This document shows positions 24,600-39,500 of a stretch of DNA of 64,000 nt, piece by piece. The DNA is from Stegostoma tigrinum (taxonomy: Eukaryota). The notes under the pieces were generated by a model, which saw only the letters and a program-made list of their open reading frames with translations, did no database searches and was not told the DNA's origin. A program made the translations under genes and the position numbers. The stretch's first letter is position 1. Every line of letters begins with the position of its first letter. The DNA is taken from assembly GCF_030684315.1 (NCBI RefSeq), contig NC_081354.1, forward strand, positions 36,967,789-37,031,788, written 5' to 3'.

Positions 24600-27500
24600 C
24601 TATGAGAAGATATTTTATTTTAGATACAACTGTTATTGAATGCATAATACTGCTTTGTGCAATATCATTAAATGTTCAGAAAAGACCAAATATGCAGTCT
24701 TATTTTTGTCATTAATATTCCAATTCATTTAGCATGTGCCAAAACTCTTGCCTTCAGGAGGGGAAATATATATGGCTAGGCAAAGAATTTAAAGATAATA
24801 TAAAGTAAAAAACCAAAGCATATCATATTACAAAGGTAAGTGAAAGGCTGGAAGAATGGGAAACATTAAAAGATCAACAAAGGGTTGCTAAAATGTAATG
24901 AGAAGAGCAAAGGTAAATTATGAAAAAAATGTTCAAAATCTAAAGACGGACAGCAAACACTTCTGTGTGTGTATAAAAGGAAAGAGAGTAGCTAGAGTGT
25001 ATGTTGTTTCCTTGGAGGATAAGACTGGAGAGTTAATAGTGGTTCCAGTCTTGCTCCAGGAACATGAGTGGGGGAACACAAATGTCAAAGTAACTAAATC
25101 AATATTTTTCTGCAGTTTTCATGGTGAGGCCATTAACACCAACCCAATGGTGACAGGGAAAACAGAAGTTCCACAAATTGATAACTTGGAAGAGTCATCA
25201 TTACTAAGGAAAATGTACTAAGCAAACTATTGGGATTGAAGACAGACAACTTTCCAAGGCTTGATGGCCTACATCTTAGAGTCTTAAAGGAAGTGGCAGC
25301 AAAGGTAGTGGGTCCATTGGTTATAATATCCCAAAATTTCTGGATGCAGGAAAGGTTCCAGTTGATTGAAAAAATGCTAATGTAATGCCCTTATTCAAAA
25401 AGACAGGGAGGCAGAATGTGGGAAACTACACACCAGTTAATTACCGACCAGTCATTGGCAAATTGTCTGAATCCATAATTCACAAAGTAATAACAGTGCA
25501 TTTGGGAAGCCAAAATGCAACCCATCAGTGTCAGTGTGGCATTATGAAGGGTAAATCATGTTTGATTAATTTGCTGGAGTTCTTCAAACTGCATCAAGCA
25601 AGTTGGATAATGGGGATCCTGCAGATGTAGTATATGTGGATTTCCAGAAACCATTGTCAAAGTACTGTGCAAAAGATTAATACACAAGGTAATATCAAAT
25701 GGGGTTAGGGGTAAATTATTAGCTTGGAAAGAGGATTGACTAACCAATTAAAACAGATAGTTAGGATAAATGGGCTATTTCTAGTCAGCAAGATGTGCAA
25801 GATTGGGGTGGACAGGTTGTGGTTCTTGGGCCCAACTGTTGATAATCGAGATTAGTGACTTGGATGTGGGGATAGAGAATACTATAGCCAAATTTGCATA
25901 TGATGCTAAAGTAGGAGGGAAAATAAGTTGTGATGAAGAAATAAGAAATTTACAAATGGATGTGGAGAGGTTAGGTGAATGGGCCAAAATGTTGGGGAAG
26001 TTTAACATGAATAGGCTTGAGGTTATCTATTTTGGTCACAGGAATGGAAAGGCAATTTATTAGTTAAATGAAGTGAAACTTCAGAGTGCTTTGGGTGCCC
26101 ATGTGCATGAACTACAGAAAACTAGTATGTTGGTATAGACATTTTTGCTAAAGGAAGAGAGCATTAAAGAAGTGTTGCTACAACTGTACAGGGGAATAGT
26201 GAGACTGCATCTGAAATGTTGTGTCCTCTTACTTGAGGGAGGATGCAGTTGTATTGCAGGCAATTCAGAGGAGATTTGCTAGGTTGATTCCAAAGATGAG
26301 AGGGTTTGTCTTAAGAGAGAGTAAGCAGTTAATACCAGCACTCTCTGGAGATTAGAAGAATGAGAGGAAATGTAACAGGTATGTGAGATACTAAAGGGAA
26401 TTAACAAAATAGACATAGAAAGGATGTTTTCTCATGTGGGCAATCTACATAAGAATGTAAGAAATAGGAGCAGGAGTAAGCCATCTAGCCCCTAGGGCCT
26501 GCGCTGCCATTTGATAAGATCATAGCTGATCTTTTCATGGACTCAGCTCCAGTTACCTTCTGGAACAAGAACAAGATCACTTAGAATAGGAGTTAATAGT
26601 TTTATGATAAGGGGTGGCAGATTTAAAATGGGGATCAAGAAATGTTATTTCTCTCAAAGGGATATAAATCTGGAATTCTCTACCCCAGGATGCAGTGATT
26701 TCTGGACCATTGAGTAAATTTTAAGGAGGACATAGAGACTTGCAGGAAGTCAAGAACAACAGAGAGAATTTTGAAATAGTGATTGCATATCCAGAGCCAA
26801 TGCAGGCCAATGAGCACAGTACTGATTAGTGAACAGGTTTTAATATAAGGTCACAAGCAATATAGATTTGAATGATGTTGGATGGTTTGAAGTATAAGAT
26901 CAAGCAGAAGAGTATTGGAATAGTTAAGCCTTAAAATAATGAAGGAATGGATAATGATTTTACCAACCGATGAGCTGCAGCAAAGCTGATGTTGAGAAGC
27001 AGGGGATAGTATTAGTTTTGGGCAGATGAGACATCAGAAGCTCGTCACAGGTTCAAAGTTATGAACACTCTTATATAGCCTCATAGAGGGCTATGTTTGG
27101 AGTTAAAAGAATGAAGCTTGTATTCAGGACTGAAGAGACAAGCTTAGATTGTCCAAATATTTAATTCGGACAAATATTTTCTCATTCAGCTCTGGATGTT
27201 GGACCAGCAGTTTAATAACTTAACAGCAGTGAAGAAGTAGAGCTGTATGTTATAAGTGTACAAATGAAAACTAACACTGGATTTTGACCAATATCATAGG
27301 AGGGCATTGTGCAAAAAAAGGACAGGGCCAAGGATTGATCTTTGGGCAACACCAGATGTATCTCTGTGGGAACAGTAAGAGAAACAATTTCAAGTGATGC
27401 TCTGGCTATGAGAAAATAGGCAAGACTGGAATCAGGCAGTAATAATTCCATCCAGCTGCACTACAGGAGAGACATTGGAGGAGAATTGTGTGGTCAACTT

Positions 27501-30500
27501 TGTCAAAGCTGCTGAGAAGTTGCATGAGACCACAAAATATAAGAGCAGATTTAGGCCATTAGTCCTATTGGGCCTGCACATGGCTGATATGTTTCTCAAC
27601 CCTATTGTCCTGCCTTCCTCCACTAACTCTTGATCCCCTCACCAATCAAGAACCTATCTATCTCTGCCTTAAATACACTCAATCACTTGACCTTCATAGC
27701 CTTCTGTGGCAATGCATTCTACAGCTTTAAGATTCTCAGGCTGAAGAAATTCCTCCTCATCTCAGTTCTAAGAGATTATCCCTTCAATATGAGGCTGTGC
27801 CCACAGGCCCTTATCTCTCATATTCTTGGAAACATCTCTGCCACATCTATTCTATTCAGGCGTCCCAGTATTCTTTTAAGTTTCAGTGACGTTTCCCCCT
27901 TCAAACTTGTAAACTCTATCAAGTACAGACACAGAGTTGTCAATCGCTCCTCATATCCAAGCCCTTCATCCCTAGAATCATTCTTGTAAAACTCTTCTGG
28001 GCCCTCTACAATGTCAACACATCCTTTCTTAGATACAGGGTCCAAAGCTACTCACAATATTCCAAATGTAGTTTGTCCAGAGCCACATACAGCCTCAAAA
28101 GTGCATCTTTGCTCTTGCATTTCAGCCCTCTTGAAATGAATGCTAACAGTGCATTTGCTTTCCATCTGCTAACTGAATTTGCATGTTAATCTTAAGAGAA
28201 TTGTGAAGTAGGACTAGCCTCTTTGTATTTCAGATTTCTGAAACTTTTTCCCATGTAGAAAATAATATATGCCTCTATTCTTCCTACCAAAGTCCACCAA
28301 ATTGTATTCCATTTGCTACTTCTTTGCCCACTCTCCTAGCCTGCCCAAGTCCTTCTGCAGCTTCCCTGCTTCCTTAACACTACCTGCCCCCTCTTATCTT
28401 TGTGCCATCTGCAAACTTAGCAGTAATGCCCTCAGTTCCTTCAACCATATCGTTAATAGATAATATGAATAGTTGTCGTCCCAACATAGGCCACTGCGGA
28501 ACTCCACTAGTCACTGACAGCCTTCCTGAAAAATCCCTTTATCCCTATTTTCTGCCTTCTTTCAGTCAGCCAATCCCCTATTCATGCCCTTGCCCCAAAA
28601 TTATGGGCTTTTATCTTATTTAGCACTCTCTTTTGCAGCACCTTGTCAAAGGCCTTCTGGAAATCTAAATGGAACACATCTACTGACTCTCCTTTGCCTA
28701 ACTTATGCAATACCAAGACAAGAAGGGAAAGTTTACACTTGTCACGGTTTCATAATATACCATTTACGATTTTTTAAAGAACTATCTTGATAATGTGGCT
28801 CAGGCAGAAACCTGATTGGACTGGTTCAGCAGGATGTTCTAGAAAAAGGTGATGATGGATTTGGAGGTGATAGCTTCCAGTTTCAGAGATGGTACCCTTG
28901 GAGGTAAGAAGAACAATTAATTAGGTGGATGGTCTCTTGATATGCACTAAACTGTGCAACACTGAGGGAATGGACCTGTGGTAGAGTGATTGCTGCTGAA
29001 AACTACTCCCCTGCCCTTGTTTCTAACACCGCTTGCATTCTTTTCACTATGATTCCACCCTCAGAAACCACTCCCAAACCTTTCCCACTGGAATCTTCAT
29101 CCTGGGAGTCCAGGGGGTATTTTGCTGGTATCAGCTAAGCTGTCAATGAGTTTAGGAGTTATCATAAGACCAGACAATATCCGAGGACCAGGAAAGTTCA
29201 GAACTGAGAAAGGGTCACTGGACCCAAAATGTTAATTTTGATTTTTTTCTTCACAAATGCAGCCAGACCTGCTGAGCTTTTCCAGAAACTTCTGTTTTTG
29301 TTCCTGAAACATCAGCTTTCCTGGTCCTCTGATGCTGCCTGACCTATTGTGTTCCTCCAGCTCCACACTGACTCCAGCATCTGCAGTTCTTACTATCTCT
29401 GGAATTGTCATGTTCTGATTCGTTGGCAGCTCCAGTCAGGCAGGGCTTCCTGCTCTGGGGTCCTAATTCTGGCAGAAAACCTGCTGCAGCCAATCAGCTG
29501 TCTGCTTTCTGGAAAACCCAACAGCCTTTGTTACCTTAGTAAGCCTTGCATTTCCCTCTTGGAAGCTGTCCCACTTTTTAATCTAATTCAACAGCACAAA
29601 CATTTCATCAAGCCTTCAGTGATACTTTAGGAAGCAAGGAGATCAGGCAATACTTTGGAATGATAAAGGCACAGAAAGGTTGATTTTTTTTGGTGAACGT
29701 GATGATGCTGATAGGTATATAGGAGGGAGGCATAATACTTGAAGAGAAAGAGCAGTTAATAATATCAGTTAATACAGAGTCACTGGTTTATGAGAATACA
29801 AGTGTGGAGCTGGAGGAGCACAGCAGGCCAAGCAGCATCTTAGGAGCACAAAAGCTGACATTTCGGGCCTAGACCCTTCATCAGAAAGCTTGCCTGCTGT
29901 GTTCATCCGGATCCACACTTAGTTATCTTGGATTCTCCAGCATCAGCAGTTCCCATTATCTCTGGTTTATGAGAATAGGTTTGAGGGAACTGGAAATGGC
30001 CCTCTTGGCCAGTAAAAGTAAAACCTACCAGAAAATAAACATTACAAAGCAAATTAGCAATCAAAATCTTGCCATATGGTGTACAAAATCAACTAATCAC
30101 TCATGAGCAATCCCGTAATGTCTGTTTTCCATGTGCCATTCAATGTTCCCGTGCAGTATTAGCCCAAGTTCAAGTAGAAGTTGACAGCCCAAGCTTGCAA
30201 GCTGACCTTGCACAGCAGGTTGTCACAGGGAGATGCTGCAAGTCACCAAACGTGTGAATAGAATGGGTTATCATTTCGGAAAGGTTGGTCTTAAAGGTCT
30301 GTGCATGACACTGCATTTTGCTGGTGTCTGACTTCGTGCTTCTTGATAATGGCTGTACACCTTCAAGTGGGCTTGTTAAATCACCAAGTGTTTTGTGGAT
30401 CATTTCCAAAGCAACATTCTCCAACCAAAGGCTCATTTGAGTTCTTTTCAGCAGAGCACCTGAGTGACCTAGCCCGCTGCCATCTGTGTTATCTTTGCCC

Positions 30501-33500
30501 CCTAACCCAGAATACAGACCACTTATCCCTGATGTCTCAAACAATGAATTTCCTGCTTCTGTTCTGCTTTCCTTTTAATAATGCACACTGTCACTGTCTG
30601 AGCTGCAAGTGTGAAATTCTGATGAAATGCCTTCATCATCATTTTCTTCTTGCTCTTTGTCCAATTCTGCCTTGGTCACATTTTCAGAGTACCAGAAAGA
30701 AGAAAAACAGAAGAATGAAGCCATAGACATAGTAGGAACGCTGGAGAATCTAAGATAACAAGGTTGTAGAGCTGGATGAAAACAGCAGGCCAAGCAGGAA
30801 AGCTGACGTTTTGGGTCTAGACCCTTCTTTAGAAGAGGGTGTAGAACCGAAACATTAGCTTTCCTGCTCCTCTAGTGCTGCTTGGCCTGCTGTTTTCATC
30901 CAGCTGTACACCTTGTTATCTCAGAATGAAGTCATTTAGATTAGATTTTTTTTTAGATTAGATTCCGTACAGTGTGGAAACAGGCCCTTTGACCCAACAA
31001 GTCCACAACGCCCCTTGAAGCATCCCACCCAGACCCATCCCCCTATAACCCACACACCACTGAACACTATGGGCAATGGCCAATCCACCTAACCTGCACA
31101 TCTTTGGACTGTGGGAGGAAACCGGAGCACCCAGAGGAAACCCACGTAGACACGGGGAGAATGTGCAAACTCCACACAGACAGTCACCCGAGGCAGGAAT
31201 TGAACCCGGGTCCCTGGTGCTGTGAGGCTGCAGTGCTAACCACTGAGCCACCATGCCGCCCCATGGTGTGCTATAAAGTAGGACTTACATGCTTTCACTA
31301 TCTGGTAGGTTGTAAGACAGAAAAATTGTAGGTTGAGGGGTTAGTGACAAGTATCAGGTGAGGAAACTTTCATCTTCAGTGGCTTCAACTCATCCTCTAA
31401 CCATGGCCTCAGCAATGAAGCAGTCAGCTATCAACTCCATGGGAATTAAGACTTGCAGATTTCCATGCTCCTATCCATTAAGCTCCTGGTACTTTCAGTT
31501 TTTTGCCACCTTGTCCTGCTAGAGAGAGGAAGAGCATTGGTGAGTGTGGTGCAATTTATTTGGTTGATGTGGTTGTCATGGTTGAACATTTGGCAGCTTG
31601 TGCAAGTTGTGAGATGTATACCTGAGGCTTGCTGCAGTGCTATATGAATGAGGGGGTGGTAGAGCAAATGACTGTCTGGAGTGAGTCCTCAGTTACAAAG
31701 GCTGTTAGTAGGTTAGTGCTGGTGGTGTGATATATCGAACAATATCTGAGGAAGTGGTGCAGTTGACAGGGTAAGTCATTAAATTGCATTCTTTGACCTT
31801 GATCTCTTGGGTGAGATCATTGAACCTTTTGTGGTATTGCACCCACGTCCCTGATGTGACTGCTGGCATCAATCCATGTCTATCTGTTCCCACTTCATTC
31901 TGAGCATGTGTCTGGAGGGCATTCTTTGGTTACAGGACATCTTTCTTCTTACTCGCCAAATCCACCAAGGTCTAAAGCGTTGTTTTGAAGCGAACTTGGA
32001 TCCCACAACTCTCCCACATTGTGTCCATTCTTCAATGATTTTCAGATCAGAGACACTTCCTGCTTGACTGACAGGACCTGCTTCAGCCATCATGCACTTT
32101 TCCTTTGAAAGGCTCATTTGGCTTTAGGAATTGCAGGCTAGCTTTAAGTACTGCAGTTTAGCTTTAAGTACTGTAGGCTAGCTTTAAGCAGTGCAGGCTA
32201 ACTTCTTGTGTCAGCTTCTTGTGATATTTCCCTTTTTAATGCATCCAATCAATCAACAACATGATGAGCTGGCATAATAATAATGAAACTATTGAGTTGG
32301 ACAGGCAGTGCAATGTTGGTATGCTACGTTGCAATTGACAGGTATTGGTTCTTCATGCATCCTGATTCCCCCTGTGGTTTATGGTTGCTCCAGTTTTTAG
32401 TATCCCTAATGTACTACACCACCTATAATTGGTGTAGTTTTAGTTACTTACGGAACAACTTTGAGAAGCTGAGAAATTCACGATACCATTATACAGTTCA
32501 GGCAGTCTATATTCAATCAATACCTCTGTGGACACTCTCATGAATATGTTAAATCCCACTTTCTTCACTGAGAATTCTTTCTGAAATTGCAGTGTCTGGC
32601 TTCTGGCTTTCCTGGGTTCTCAGGTGTCTTTCCTTCTCATTTTCTCTAACCCTTAGGTTTTTCAGGCTTTTAAAACTGAATTTCCTCTGAAATTCTTGCA
32701 CTTGGTAAAATAGCTGAAAAAGTACCAATTTCTGCAGGTGAACAGAGTTTCTGCCACACTGCAGCTAAGTTGTTTCAGTGGCTTTAGAGGAAGAACAAGT
32801 TTGAGGAGAATTCTGACATTTTTGTCAGTGATTACTTCTTCATTCTTCAGCTCCATTTCTACTATTTTCAATATTGTCAGCTTAGCCCTCCATAAAACCA
32901 ACTGCCGAAGCTAGTAAATCAATGGCCAAATGGTTTGTGGTTTATGAATCTATCACACATATGTCAGTTCTTTCGAAGTGTTCTCAAATTTCTTCCTGTG
33001 GCTCAGTACTTTTTTCCATAACTTGGAAAGTTAAGCTTCTGCAAGGAGACATCCAGTGTTTTATTTTGATCTTGTGGAATCTGATTCCAGTGCCTTTGCA
33101 GATAGCGTTGTTCATATCTCAAGATCTTTGTGGAAAGAAATTTCTTCCAATTCTAGTTCTTTTGCAAATGGTTATCAATCTGTGATATTTGGCTGTACTC
33201 TCCAAATGAGGCAGATTCTCTTTACTGGTTCTGTCAAAAAAAACCTTCTCATTTTGTTTGCATTTCATCTCCCCCTAACCTTCCACTATAAAAAAAATCC
33301 TTTAGAGCCACCATACAGTTATTTCTGATTGGTCTGGTCCATTTGAAACTGGTAAAATTACTCATTATGAGTGTTAGTGGATTTTGTACACAAAGTGCAT
33401 AACATGCAGCAAAGTCTGAATTGTAACAATGGCCCCAAATCCGTACAGTTGCACATTACAAAAGTCACAAAAAAAAGCAATCATACAAATCTGAAATCTT

Positions 33501-36500
33501 GTAGACAAACTTGGTCCGAATGGGGGAGGTTGGATCTGAAATGTTCTCTCTGCTTCTCAAAGGAACTCTGAAATGAAAGAACAATTAACAGTAACTGAAG
33601 ATTACCAGAAACTTTCAATATATACTCCAAGAACATTTAATGTGTGAACTTTTTTATTTGCTGTTGAGATTTCATTCTGGCATTTACTAAAATCAATCAT
33701 TTAACATTTGATACAATGTAACTGAACAGGAAAATGCTAAACTGAGAGGGGGATGGATACTTAATAATATGAAAGGACAATTAAAATTACATTACATTTA
33801 AGTAATTTCACATTTCTCAATGAGGCAATGTGTGTAGTATAACTCAAACTGAACAGAAGTCAGTTTGGGCTTTTTCTTTCTGGCAGAAACTAAGAAGGTA
33901 GTTTCGAACCAACTGAATGACACATCATGCAATTGAGAGAGAGATAATGGGAACTGCAGAGGCTGAAGAATCCAAGATAACAAAGTGTGAAGCTGGATGA
34001 ACACAGCAGGCCAAGCAGCATCTCAGGAGCTCAAAAGCTGACGTTTCGGGCCTAGACCCTTCATCTGATGAAGGGTCTAGGCCCGAAACGTCAGCTTTTG
34101 TGCTCCTGAGATGCTGCTTGGCCTGCTGTGTACATCCAGCTTCACACTTTATCATCATGCAATTGAAACTGATTGTGTAATTCTATGACTCAAAACAAAC
34201 ATTATAATATTAAAAAAAATGAATATACTTTGTATAATGTATTGAGGGAAAGAACTCTGAGATATCATGGGATGGATCAAACTGATGATGATGAATTGCC
34301 ATCAACTGCTATCAGCAGGTTTTAGATGGTCTGGTACTTCATATAGTCACAGCATCTTCAATGCGGTGGTCATATAGCACCATGGTCATATAGGACAGCC
34401 ATTAAACCAGTAAAGGCAACTGCGCACCTGCTTTCTTTATATAAAAAATTGAATCCTTACAGTGTGGAAATAGTCCTTTAAGTCCATCAAGTCCATGCTA
34501 ACCCTCTGAAGAGCATCTCACCAAAACCCAGCCCCCTACCCTATCCCCAATTTTTACCTATCTAGCCTGTGTACTGATGACAATTTATATTCACCAATCC
34601 ACCCAAGCCTGGAAATCTTTGGACTGTGGGAGGAATCTGGAGCAAACCCACATAGAAACAGGGAGAACATGTAAACTCCACACAGATAGTCCCCTGAGGG
34701 TGGCATCAAACCCAGGTCCCTGGTGCTTTGAGGCAGTAGTGCTGCCCACTGAACAATCGGCCACTCTGTCCCCCAGTTCCTCCAACCGGAACTTTTTAAT
34801 CAGGTAGTAAGATTGCCCAAGATTTTTAATTTTATTTTTGTGTGAATAAAAGTAGAAATATAGAAGTAAATTTGACAGATTTTGTTTTGACCTGCGGCCT
34901 CATTGTGCACATGGAATTTTTATGTAGAACAGGGAAGTGGGATCATTTGTGTCCAATTTCCTATGTTTCTTACAAGAGAAGTGTGCTTTTCCTGGCATCC
35001 AATCTGACTGATGAATATTATCTACAATAAGTTTCTGGTAGTATGCTTTTCATTTATTTGACTGTATGGTGAATATAATCAGAAGTCAACAGTAACACTT
35101 ACATAATTTTTATATCTCTCGCCAGTTGTTCCACTTTTTCACCATTAGGCAGTTCAGTGACAATCATCTTAGATGACACCTCCAAAAGCTTACATCTTGA
35201 TGAAACTAAAAGGTGCCTTTCAGATTTAGCTGTAATGACAGAGATGGTTACAACTCTCTAAATCTGAAGTACTATCATTAAAAATGAGGAACTAGTGTTT
35301 CCTGTATTAGCAGCCCAGATGGAAGTTCTGTCAGATATTAATTGCCAAATATTGCAACTATTAATTTGTGAAAATAAGTTAGCTCTGGTTAGCAAATGTA
35401 CATCACAAAGCTCTTGTTAACCAAGTGAATCATGAAGGAATATAGCTATTTAATAGCTGCTGGACTGTGGATAACATCGTCAGGGTACCAACAAAAAGGT
35501 TTGAGAGGAAAAACAGCTGACCAGTATTCCACAAATATCACCAACCCCACCCCCACCCCAGGTTGATCAGCATCTGTTAATAGGGAATTTGCTTTCGCAG
35601 ACATTGATGCGATTCCAGAATTACCTAACATTATTATCATATAACAGGAAGAAAAACATACAAGCCAAATGATATTAAAATTATAAGCTTGTAAATAACT
35701 GATTTATCATTAAACTATTGTACTTTTTAAACCTATTAAATTATTGTAACAGAGAAAACTGCAGTGTTGATAAGATGGAGGTTGAAACCTTTAGAACCTG
35801 GGAAGAAATGAAATACTGGGTCCTCCATTAGCAACAGCATAATGAAAGAATACAATGTAAATTCACTAGGATGTTGTTTGATTTAAGAAATACAAATTGC
35901 GTAAAAGAAACATTGTGATTTAGCCACCTCAATCTAATGTGGATGACATTGCTGTTGCCCTCTTTGAACTCATAAGCTTTGTCCACTCATCAATGTACCC
36001 TTCTAACTTCCTATTGCCACCTATGTAACATGAGTGTCTAACTTTCTGTAAATGTTTTTAAACTTCTTATTTCTCCATCTAAGTCACTTCTTTATTTGGT
36101 ATGAATAATTTGTTGGTTTCAGGGAAAGCCCCAGGTGAGATCCCTGGGCCACACCATTTGTTACATCCTTGCCACTTAGACAATATTTCTTTTATCACTA
36201 CTCACTGTGAAAACAAGTACTAATCTATGCTATATTTTATTTCAGTACTAAGAATGTGCAATTTTTCTCATAATTTCTTCCAGCTAGACTAATCAAATGT
36301 TTTCTGGAAATTTATGTGAACAATCTCCATGGGTATTATTCCAGACAGCATGCAGGCTAGCAATGTTCTCAAACAAAAATCAACTCCATTAGTTAGATAT
36401 ACCATGGAATTTATTGCTGGCCCCAAGTGGCAGATCCGGTTGTGAGGTTATTTAATCAGGCAGGAGGGTGGCAAATGGAGATAGTGTCACCCTACCACTT

Positions 36501-39500
36501 TGACCATAATTAAGTCTGTGTCAGGACAGCTATGTAAAGTCTTTCCACCCTGTCACCAATTAGGGGCAGCACAGTGGCTCAGTGGCTAGCACTGCTGCCT
36601 CATAGCATTTGGGACCTGGGTTCGATTTCACCCTCGGGTGACCGTCTGTGTGGAGTTTGTACATTCTCCCCATGTCTGCATGGGTTCCCACCAGGTGCTC
36701 CAGTTTCCTCCCACAGTCCAAAGGTGTGCCTGTTAGGTGGATTGGCCATGCTAAATTGCCCGTAGTGTTCAGGGATGTGTAGATTAGGTGGGTTACAGGG
36801 GGACAGGCCTGGGTGGGATTCTCTGAATGTCAGCGTAGGCTTGTTGGGCCAAAGAGCCTGTTTTCACAGTGTAGGGATTTGATGAATTAGGGCCTTAAGA
36901 AGGCAATTAATACACCATTTAACAGCCTCATTACACTGCCCCTGCTATTAATCCAGCACTGTGGTGATCATCACATCAAGCAAGTTGCCTGTGAGCTCCA
37001 TTGGGGGGAAATGGTGTGGGGATCCTTTGAGCAAAGGAACTCAGTGCTATCGAGGGATTTGGCAGCTGGAAGCTTCTCCCTAGATAGCAGACAATTTTTT
37101 AAACAATTCTCTTCAAAAAAACAACATAAATTGAATTTATTTTCATGAAACAATACTTATTTATTCTATAATAAAAGAAAATAAAATAAAAGTAGATTTT
37201 CTAGATATGAACTAAAAACAGAAAGTGCTGGAAATACTCAAGTAGGTTTAGCAACATCTGTTAGAGGGAAACAAAATTAATGTTTCGAGTCGAATACTAC
37301 TGTTCTTCAGAACTTTCTTATACTTTCTTATGCTTCGGACTTTCATGCTTTGGACTTACTGAATTGTATTTGTTTCCTTAACCTTAGATAGACATTTTTT
37401 TTGTTTTCTTTTTAATAGTTGTTTTATATGTGGCTTTACAACACTGCATTTTAGTTTTGTGTATTTCACTATAAACTTGTTTTTTAAATATAATTCTATG
37501 CATTTAAACCGTTGTTCTTATGTTATTGCCATTTCCTGACTTTTCCATAAACCTTGATGGGGTTTTTGTTGAAAGCCTATGTTTCTTTAAAAATTGATTT
37601 CATTTTGATAAATTTATACTATATCTTTCACTTCATCATACTTATTTTAATTGCGGCTTGCTATATATATTAATTTGAATAGTCTAATCACAAAAATTTT
37701 GTTTTTGTATCCGGAAGTGCTCTTACACGCAACTGAGCAGTTTTTCTTTCATCACCAAATCACCCATAGTATTTTTTCACCTATTAACTGCCACCAGTAA
37801 GTCACGTATGTATAAAACTAGTTTTATATTTTACCCTTAAAATATCCCACCTGTGTAAAATGAATTAATTCCAGAGTGTGTACCTGGCTCACAACTGGCA
37901 CTGTTCGCTTAGTTTTAAGGGTAATTGACTTGTCTGAATTGTAATGAACTATGTATTGGCCATGTTTCTGCTGTCTTATCCTCTCAGGTTAATAAAAAAA
38001 ACAAAAAAAACGCTCTGAACAAACCACATAACCTCCTTAGATTGCTGGCACTCAACATTAGGGTGTTGATCTTTTCTAGAATAGAAAAGAAATTTATTGT
38101 CACGTGTAGTTTTATATGGAAAATGCAGTGAACAGTTTTATAAGTCACCACACCACACCGCACCTACATCAATGACAGAAGTAAAATTAAGACAATGTTC
38201 ATTACAGTTTACTTGGGGCTAGGATGGGGGAAAGCCAATCAGGGAACAATGGAATAAATGCCCTGAAAATGGATCCAGGATGAGACTGCCAGGCCACTGG
38301 AATTCTGGGCCATAAGCCTCGCTGAAGCAGACTGCCATGCCAGGCAGAGACTGCCACTCTTGGACGTGACCGCCAGCCGGGCTGCTGGAGTATCTGGTAG
38401 CCAAAGGCAAAGAAAACCTTTACCCTGGCCAAGACTGCCTCTCTGCTCTTCTGCGTTGGCTCCATTTTTTCCAAAATTTCCCTACATCTTTTCAATCCTG
38501 AAGAGATTAAAAATATATCCCTGCCCTGAATGTACCCAATTGTTCTAAACATTCACAACTCTCTGCTTGAAGAGATTCCTCCTTATCCAAGTCCTAAATG
38601 ATTGATCCTTTTATCTTGAAACTGTGTCCTGTGTGCTGGATTACCCAAACGAGGGACATAAAGCCCTACTATGTATTCAGTCGAGACCCTCGAAATGCTT
38701 CTTCAAAGTCTTGTATGCTTCAATGAGATCTCCTTTCCTTCTTCCAAAGGTAGGCCTGAATTTACACAGCCTCTTATTACAAGAAATCCTCTCATCCTGA
38801 GACTTTGTTGTATTGCTTCCAAGGCAAGTATATTCTTCCTGTGATTTCGAGACCCAAACAACAAATTGTGGTCCAGGTGTGTTCTTACCAAAGTCCTATA
38901 AAATTATAGCATGATTTTGTTATTCCTGTATTCCAATTCCATTTTGATAGATGCCAGAATGCCATTTGCCTTCCCAATGTTACTTGCTGTCCCTGCATGC
39001 TAACTTTGTGTTTCATGCGCAAGTGTACCCAGGACTCTGAGCCTCAATGTTTAAAAGTTTTTCCCTTAGTAAACAAAAATCTGCTTTTCCACCTTCAAGG
39101 CGCATGCCATCTGCCATCTTGTGTACTCATTAAACGTATCTAAATCTCTTTGCAGCCGCTGATATCTGTTTTGAGCTCTCCCAGGGTACTACATTTCTCA
39201 CCTGCCTTGCGTGCTCAAAGATAGAGAATGACAAGGTTATTTGATAACGTTAAAGTAAGAAGAAACCCATATTTTGATGAACTTGCCCGATTTGCCTTAG
39301 CATACAAACACAAATGAGATGGATGAAGATAATAAACTACAATAGTTCAACAGTAGCTGCATCTTTTCCAGTTTTAAACTTTATCCAAGGCTTGGATGCA
39401 GAACTTAAATGGACTATTCAGGACCTGGTCTGATAATCTTTCTGAATTTTTGTGAATATGTCTGCCCAAAATCATCATGGTCTGTGCAATAACCAAATGG

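Noticed and set aside
30958-31254. Recurrent 'MVAQWLALLPHS...CLCGVCTFSPC' ORFs (also 36574, 52864, 58585)
   Set aside because: Translations of HE1 SINEs, not a gene family.
32131-32200. Regular 20-bp repeats
   Set aside because: Spacer-less minisatellite in eukaryotic DNA; not CRISPR.
36563-36640. tRNA-like A/B boxes
   Set aside because: SINE heads followed by the HE1 body; not functional tRNA genes.
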